Source: the human T2T-CHM13v2.0 reference genome, Homo sapiens. From it: a DNA stretch of 64,000 bases. The position numbers were made by a program, and so were the translations under genes. Position 1 is the first letter of the stretch; every line of letters begins with the position of its first letter. Below the pieces are notes generated by a model that was not told the origin of the DNA, did no database searches, and worked only from the letters and a program-made list of their open reading frames with translations. The stretch lies in assembly GCF_009914755.1 (NCBI RefSeq), contig NC_060947.1. One strand, 5' to 3'. Of the stretch, positions 52,695 to 64,000 are shown in pieces.

Positions 52695-53203
52695 TGATTT
52701 GTTGGCTGAAGAAGAGAGGGAGGGTTGGACGGAAGGAGGAGGGAAGGAAGAGACCATGTGAGAGGAGGTGAGGAAGACAGGAAGAGAGGGGTGATAAGGA
52801 GGCTGGGGGGAGAGGGAAGGCGCTGATGCCATCCGGATCCATCCAGGCTGCCTCGTCCATGGGGCCTCCGTTTATACAACTATCCACTAAGTGAAGGAAC
52901 CGGCAAAAATCTCTGCTCCCGGGGAACACTTTCACCAGCTGCCGGCTTTATTCACTCAGAAATTTTGATGCCAAAACACCCGAAAGTACATCATAACTTG
53001 AGGATTTACAGACAAGAAAGAGGAGCACAGAACTGACCGTGGGTGCCCTGGAAAAAGTTGCTTTCAACAAGGACCACAACAAAAATAAAAATAATAATAA
53101 TGATAAACCTCCCTCCACTCCCAGGATCAAGGGGTTCAGACAAACTGCAGTCCAGACGGACACGCGGCAGACAAATGAATGAGGAGCTAATGCATTGCTC
53201 TGG

Positions 53204-53209
53204 TTTATT
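53204..53209 (-). terminator. ZBED1: Probable ZBED1 poly(A) signal AATAAA (second candidate at 52947-52952)
   Basis: tttatt on +. On the minus strand it is followed by a U/GU-rich stretch (tcattcatttgtctgccgcgtgtccgtct), giving a ~2.2 kb 3'UTR. Confidence 0.7.
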
Positions 53210-54084
53210 GAACAACAGTCCAACTTTACAGCATTAAATAAGGGGCAACCGTTCAGGAGGGGAACGATGGCTTAAAAATAAAAATGAAGACAGAGCCGGG
53301 ACAGTTCACATTTCCACGTGAGTGAGGAAAAGCAAAGGATTGTTAGAGACGTGAAGAGAACGCTGGCAATGCTACAGAATGGAGCCCACGGAGGCGTGGG
53401 CTGCCCTGCGTCCCCGGCCTCGGGGCAGAACAGGGAGCAACCCCAAAGCCTGCCCCACTGTGTCCCTTCCAGCTGCCCTTCTGCCGAGAACACCCGGAGC
53501 TGAGGGTTCCAAGTTCACGGCGGAACCGCTTCCCTTAAAAAGAAAGCAAAGGTTACGTGGATTTCTCCCGTGCTTCCTTTTCCACAGACTTAAACCGGCT
53601 CAGGACGTAAGGATAACATTCTGTGCTGCTTGCAGCCCTGAGAAGTCAGCAGCCGTGAAAGGCAGGTAGTTCCTTTGCCCTCTGACACCCCGAGTTCTTG
53701 GGGTCTCGGCAGAACACTGCCTGGAGCTGAGTGGGGTCATCCCTCCTAGACACCGTCCTCCCCAGCCCAGCTTGTCTTCACGGAGGCAGAGAACCCGCTG
53801 CACGTAGAATCCAAGCAATATGCTAAGCCTCCTGAAGTATTTTTCCTCCAGTTAAAAAGCAGTTCTACATGTTGGAAAACGTCTTTCTGTTTCCCTGAAT
53901 GACTGAAAGCAACTCGCAGGAATCCAGCCACGGAAAACCCCTCCGGGGGCAATATTTTAAAATTCATTTCCCCTATGGTATTCAGTTTAAAAGAGAAGAA
54001 TCAAGAGTCCTTTCCGGTAATCAAATCAAAAACACCTTATGTGGAAAAGCTGGCCGCACGGGGGAACTGGACTTTTAGGGCTGA

Positions 54085-54381
<297 letters not shown>

Positions 54382-54940
54382 CACCGCCCAGTTTTAAGGA
54401 CCAACTCCGCAAAGTGAAATTTCGGCAGGCAGCAGGAAGCAGGCTCTCTGGCAGCAACCTGTCGAAAATACAACACATTCCACACTTTTTTTTCTGTTTG
54501 CTTTTTGTTAAGTGTCTGCATTTTTGTACTCATCTGTCACATTTTTAACCGAACATTAAAAAAAAAGGTCTCTCTTTTTAAGAAGGGCATTTTGGCTAAA
54601 AGGTCTCTTCCCCATTTCTCAGAAGCAAGAGGTCCCTGCTTGCACGAGAATGTAAACATGAATTCAGTGATCTGGACCTCGCAGAAGTCACACATGATGA
54701 TCGGGAAAGGCTCCTTCGACGCCACCCAGAATGTTCCTGCGTTTCTTCTAAACCCTCCCAGGGAGAACTCGAATCAGACATGGTGGAGGTCTTAAGTATC
54801 TGTGAAGGAAGGAACAGCTCCTCTAGGCTCTGCTGCACGCAATTCCCAAGCAGAAGCGTTGGCAGTTCCCAAGCAGAAGTCGTCCGGGCCCCGGGAATAG
54901 GGGAGGAAAGGAAACCCACTCAAAGCCACCTCTCTTGTGT

Positions 54941-55228
54941 CTTCTTTTTTCTTTTTGAGAGAGTCTCGCTCTTGTCGCCCAGGCTGGAGTGCAGCGATCT
55001 CAGCTTACTGCAACCTCCACCTCCCAGGTTCAAGCGATTCTCTGGCCTCAGCCTCCAGAAGCTGGGATTACAGGCACATGCCATCAGTCCTGGCTAATTT
55101 TTGTATTTTTAGTAGAGACGGGGTTTCGCCATGTTGGCCAGGCTGGTCTCGATCTCCTGACCTCAGCTGATCTGCCCACCTCGGCCTCCCAAAGTGCTGC
55201 GATTATAGACAGGAGCCACCGCCCCCGA
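54941..55228 (-). mobile_element. AluS in the ZBED1 3'UTR
   Basis: Antisense on +, same orientation as the Alu at 54123. Confidence 0.85.
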
Positions 55229-55390
55229 CCCTCTCTCACTTCTCGAATCTCTTTCCTTTTTCCACCTTCTAGGTGTCAAAGACAGTGGATGGTCTCTGAG
55301 GTTCAAAACCAAGCTGACCGGGTAAGTATTTACAGCAAAGCATCCAATGGGCTGCTGCGGGGATGACTTGTAAGACAACACGCTTCCTCG

Positions 55391-57475
55391 CTACAGGAAG
55401 CTGCTGTCCCTAATGCCAAAGAAACCGCCGCTGACGCCATCCCCCAAGGAGAACACCTGCTCCTGGTCCAGGCCCCACTCCCCCTCGTCCTGGTCCTCGG
55501 GTTCCGCCTCTGCCCCACTCCGGGCGTTCTCATACAGAAACACCTGCTCGTCCACGTGCGCGGGAGCCAGCCGGTTCCTCTTGGCGCTGACCACGTTGGC
55601 GGCGGATCCGAAGAGACGCTCAGGGGCGACGCGCGTGGCCGTCACGCACCAGTACTTCTGCAGCACCTTGGGCAGCAGGGGGAAGAGGGCCAGGCGGTCT
55701 GACCACCACTTGAGGGGGTCTTCGTTGAGGCCAAGCACCTTCTGGGACTTGAAGTTGCTCAGCTCCTCCACCACCTGGGCATGCCACTCTTCCTGGTCCT
55801 CCACGCCGCCTGTCTGGCAGAAGATCTCGGCCAGCATGTTGTTGATGACGCTGGCGGGCGGCGGCGTGGATGTCCGCATGAGCTTCTTGACGGGAGGCTC
55901 CTCGGGCACCGGGAAGATCTTGTCCTCAGCCGGCCGGTAGCCGCCGTCTTTGACCTTGTCCAGCAGGCCCTTGGCCTCTTCCACCACGCGATTCTCCACC
56001 TGCTGCCGCTCGAAGGCGGAGAGGAAGGGCAGCCTCTTGTAGCGGGGGTCCAGGAAGGTGGCCACGTTGAGAAACATGTCGATCTCGGGCGTCTCCTGGT
56101 AGGTCTTGGAAAGCTCCTTGGCGATGACCTCCTTGGCCATGCTGAGCTCCTTGGAGTCGGTCTCCTTGATGTTGAGCGTGGTGTTCAGGAGCATGTGCAG
56201 CAGCGGCTTCACCATGCTGATGGTGGGGTACCTGGAGGCCGACAGCATCTCGGCCACCTGCTTGAAGGGCTGCAGGAGCTCCACCAGCCCCTCGATGGTG
56301 GCCCACTCGCTGGCCTCCAGCATGAGGTGGTGGTTGTTGCTGTCCTCCACCAAGACCCCGGCGATGACGAACTGCTGCTCCTTGAGGCGCTGCAGCATGG
56401 CCAGCGTGCTCCCCCACCAGGAGACGCGGTTGCTCACCAGCATGCAGTGGGCCACGTTCTGCTGCTTCTGCTTCTCATAGAGCATGTACATGGCCACGGC
56501 AGACTGCTGGAAGTACTCCACCAGTTTGCGGCAGCGCGACAGCAGCGCCCCCAGCTTCGGGAGCTGGAAGGCCTGCTGGATGCCGGCATTGAAGGTGTGG
56601 CCCAGGCAGGGCATGTGCACTGCGACGTCCAGCAGGGAGCACGCCTTCACGATGTCCTTGCCATAGTTGGTGGTGGCCCCGAAGACCTTGGCGCTGATGC
56701 CCCACTCGATGAAGACCTCATAGAGCACTCGCGTGATGGTCTCCGCCGTGTTCTCTTCGGGCACCTCGAAGGTCTTCAGGCAGCGGGAGCCCATGGACAG
56801 GCAGTTGGGGGCGCCCAGGCCCAGGAAGTGGGCGGCCAGCGTGACGTAGGCGCGGTTCTGATTCTCACTCCTCCACATGTCGGTGGAGATGCCACACCAG
56901 GTGGCCTCGGCCAGCTCCTTCAGGATCACCTCCCGGACGGCCCCGTACTTCTCAGGGATGGCCTTGGTAGAGATGTACTTCCGGCTGGGCAGCTCATACC
57001 GGGGGTCGGCCGTCTTCAGCAGCACCTTGAAGGTGGGCTCGTCCACGATGGAGGCTGGGTACAGCCCCTCGCAGATGAGGCCCAGCACGGCGGCCGTCAG
57101 CTCCTGCTGCTTCTTGCTGTCGTAGCCGTGGCCGGCCTTGACGGCCAGCGCGTCCTGCCCGGGCTGCTGGGACGACTCGGGCTTCAGCTTGGAGAAGGCG
57201 GTGGCGAAGGCTTCACGCATCTGCTCCGTGTTGCTCTTGACGAACTCGCAGAATTCCTCGGGGTGGTTCTTCTCCAGGTGGTAGGACAGGTTGGAGGTGT
57301 TTCCGGAGTAGGCGATCTGGGCCATGCAGATGCGGCAGTAGATTTTCTTCCACTGCAGGATGCATCCCTCGGCGTTGGTGTCGAAGCCGAAATACTTCCA
57401 CACCTTGCTCTTGGCGCGGGGGTGGGCCACCAGCTTCAGGTCTGTCTGGGAGCTCTCCAGGCTTTTATTCTCCAT
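55391..57475 (-). CDS. ZBED1: ZBED1 / hDREF / TRAMP: BED zinc finger, hAT-transposase-derived transcription factor and SUMO E3 ligase, 694 aa
   Basis: Only long ORF with strong GC3 codon bias and a strong Kozak context (gcaATGg). BED finger (VWKYF...C47 C50 H66 H71), RNase-H-like 'ISTDMW', CxxH (CLGH), 'LDPRYK', basic 'PPVKKLMR' and hATC domain (PLKWW...PERLFG) are all present. I recognise the protein as human ZBED1. Confidence 0.98.
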
Positions 57476-57525
57476 TGCTTCTCCACCGGAGCCTGCCTGC
57501 TGGACGGCTGCTCATGCGTGGGGAC

Positions 57526-58235
<710 letters not shown>

Positions 58236-58860
58236 TAGAAGAATCCACAAGTGGCCAGGCAGACCCCCCACTGCCAACCATCACAGCAGGACTCTCTGAA
58301 TGCCACCTGAGCTTCATTCACTGCATTAAAGAAGCCAAACAGGACCTCCATCTGACTAAAGCCAGCTTTCCTATGGCTAAGAGGCACTGCACACTCTTCT
58401 CAAACTTTATGGTTTAAAATGAAGCCATGTGGAACGTCACAGGTGCATCCGTGATCTGTAAGCACGTCTGAAGAAGCATGGATTTCTCAATCCCTGGAAC
58501 TTCTCAAAATGCCCATTGTGTCCAGTCACACCTGTGGGCAGAAAGGCCCAACTGGGCAAATATCACACACCTGTGCAAACATCAGGCAGTCGGTGTGGAG
58601 GCTTAGATGACCCAGAAGCCAGTCCCCAGGGTTCCTGTTGAGGTTGAATGCTCACACATACAGGCCCTTCCAGCTGCCACTCAGGAGGCCACCTCTGTGA
58701 CTGGGTTGCCCAAAATGACAGCTGGGCTTTGTTAAAAGGTGTAATTGTGTCTCCAAGTGTCCAGTACAGTGCTCAGGAGGGTAAATATCAAAATGCACCA
58801 CCCAGGCACGTTCAGAGTGTTGGGATACAGTCAGTGCAAGGAGGCATATTTCAATGATGA

Positions 58861-59645
58861 CTATAGTGGGTTGAAAAGCGTCCTCCCCTACCAAAGAAAA
58901 TCTGTATCCACCTGGTACTTGTGTATGGGACCTTGTTTGGAAAAAGGGTCTTTGCAGATGTATTAATAATGAAGGTAAGGATCTTTAGATGAGATTATTC
59001 TCAATTGAGGTGGTCCTAAATGCAGTGACCAGTGTCCTTAATAGAAGACAGATGAGGAGACACGGACACACAGGAGAAGACCACATGGAGACAGAGGCCG
59101 AGACTGGAGTGATGCGGCCACAAACCCAGAACGCCTGGAGCCCCCAGGAGCTGGGAGAGGCAGGAAGGATCCTCCTCTAGAGCCTCCACAATGAACTGGA
59201 TAAAATCATGGTGGATTGAACAGTGGCCCGCAGAAAGATCTGTCCACAGCCTAAAGCCCAGGATGTGGAATGAGATCTTACTTGGTTATTAGAAATTTTG
59301 TAGATCTCATGAGTTAAGGATCTGGAGATGAGATCATCCGGGATTTGAGTGAGCCCTAAATGCAGTGACAGATGTCCTTATAAAAGACAGAAGAGGAGAC
59401 ACAGACACAGAGAAGGCCACATGGAGACAGAGGCAGAGACTAGAGTGATGATGTGGCTGGCCTGAAGCCCAGGGACGCCAGGAGCCCCCAGGAGCTGGGA
59501 GAGGCAGGAAGCACCCTCCGCGTAAGCCTCCGGAGGGAGCGCAGCCCTGAGACACTTTGATTACAGACTTCTGGCCTCCAGAACTGGGAGAGAATAAGCT
59601 ATGGTTTTAAGCCCTCCGGTTTCTGGTACTTTATTAAAGCAAGGT
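58861..59645 (+). mobile_element. Two head-to-tail MLT1-type MaLR LTR copies
   Basis: 'cctaaatgcagtgac...gtcctta...gaggagacac.gacaca...ccacatggagacagaggc.gagact.gagtgatg...gagcccccaggagctgggagaggcaggaag' occurs at ~59016-59170 and ~59355-59511. Confidence 0.8.
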
Positions 59646-60059
59646 ATTCTGAAGGTTAATTTTGCCCGAAATAATGAGTGGAGGTCTTAGAAAGGCCCCC
59701 CGTCTTCACGGGCAGTCGCGGCCTGCGTTGCTGGCTTTCCGTCAACGGTGCCCGCCCAGTGCTTTTTAGGGAGACGCCGCCACGTGCCAGGTGAGCTGGG
59801 CATTGCCAGAGCCCAGCAGTGCCACTTCCCAAGACTGGGGTGCAAGGAGGGGGGTCCTGTGGCCAATGCCAGCACCCTGGTTTGTTCTAAGGTGCTGAGA
59901 GAATGAATAACATGACCGGGACTTCCACAAAACGAGGAACCCCCAAACTGCATCTTCTGCAGCCGAGTTAGGGTGGGGCCCCTGGATTACACAGTCAACG
60001 GAGGGGGAAAAGAATCTCAAGAGGCCTCCTAAGTCCGACCTGAGTGACAGGACACAGCT

Positions 60060-62210
<2,151 letters not shown>

Positions 62211-62814
62211 GTTTTGTACTAAGAGCCAAAATTCCCAAACCCCTAACCAAGTGACTCCTGGAAGGAGAAACAAGAAGCTCCCTCCCACGTCTCCTGCTGT
62301 CAGAATTCCATGGGATTCCCAGGTAAAGAACCGTCCACACAGTAGGTGGGTTCCACCTGAACCCACGTTAACAGCCACAGCAGAGCTGACCTTCTGCAGT
62401 GAGTACCCTCCTTCCTCCTTCCTCCTCCCTTGCAGCGCTTCCGAGCACACAAGGCCACGAATAAAGGTTGCTGTAAACCAGCCTCTCACTGCCTCATTCT
62501 TCAAGACTGGTGCAGCATCCCCAGTGCGGGGGGAGGGGGGTTTGGGGGGGACACTCCCCAAAACGCTCTCAGGGGGCCGGCGATTTCACGTTTCCAATTG
62601 CACATCCATGAGAGGCCAGTGGATGTGCCTCACATGACTCTTACCAGAACGACACGTCGCAAGAGACCAGTGTGAAGAAGCAGAGGAAGGAGCCAGCCGC
62701 CATCCGTCCCTTTATGGATGAGACTGACAAAACCCTAAAACTCAGCCACTCTTCTCCCTAGGTTTTTGTTATTTTGGAAATGACAATCATTTTTCTTTTA
62801 AAAAACATACAGCA

Positions 62815-63530
<716 letters not shown>

Positions 63531-64000
63531 TTTATATATTTATATAAAAATATCAATTGTTTTTATTTACATCTAAATTATATAAATATAACTTATTTGT
63601 ATTTTATATTTATAGAAAAGTATAAATTATTCTAAAAATATATATATTTAATAAAAATAAAATATAAAAACAATAAATATATTACATACATTTTTGTATG
63701 TAACATGTAATTGGCCTGTTACCATTACTTTTAAATAGATTGTTAAATATGTTTTAAATTTCTGTTTTAATGTCTAACAGGATGACTTATTGACTGTTAT
63801 AATCCACAAAAACAAAAACTGTCTGGGGTCCTCATTTTTTTTGAAAGAGATTCTATGATCAAGGAATTGGAGGCCGGGGGCAGGGGCTCACCCCTGTAAT
63901 CCCAGCAATTTGGGATGCCAAGGTGGACTATCACCTGAGGTCAGGAGTTTGAGACCAGCCTGACCAACATGGAGAAACCCCATCTCACTAAAAATACAAA

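Noticed and set aside
52115-52935. 170-260-aa ORFs in all frames
   Set aside because: Products of the stop-free purine tract; low complexity.

Overview
Human-type (primate) genomic DNA, not prokaryotic. It is very Alu-dense and has one real coding region: ZBED1 (hDREF/TRAMP; 55391-57475, minus strand, 694 aa). This domesticated hAT transposase has an uninterrupted CDS, a visible splice acceptor and a poly(A) signal. From established knowledge this places the window in pseudoautosomal region PAR1 (Xp22.33/Yp11.3), probably inside the large first intron of DHRSX; no DHRSX exon is recognisable here. The dominant structure is a ~39 kb nested tandem-duplication complex (11803-50792). It is built from six reusable modules (A-F) and seven arrays (~10 kb in total) of a semi-palindromic 50/38-bp minisatellite. 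Breakpoints, target-site duplications (TSDs) and chimeric Alus let much of its history be read directly. A second, AT-rich compound minisatellite (60060-62210), a ~400-bp purine tract, tandem MLT1 LTRs and an out-of-frame uORF overlapping the ZBED1 start are also present. Almost all other ORFs in the track are Alu or satellite artefacts. I found no convincing new protein-coding system; the best candidate for undescribed biology is the satellite/duplication complex and a possible role in PAR1 recombination. Repeat coordinates are read by eye and approximate unless a motif is quoted; many further Alus inside modules are not itemised.
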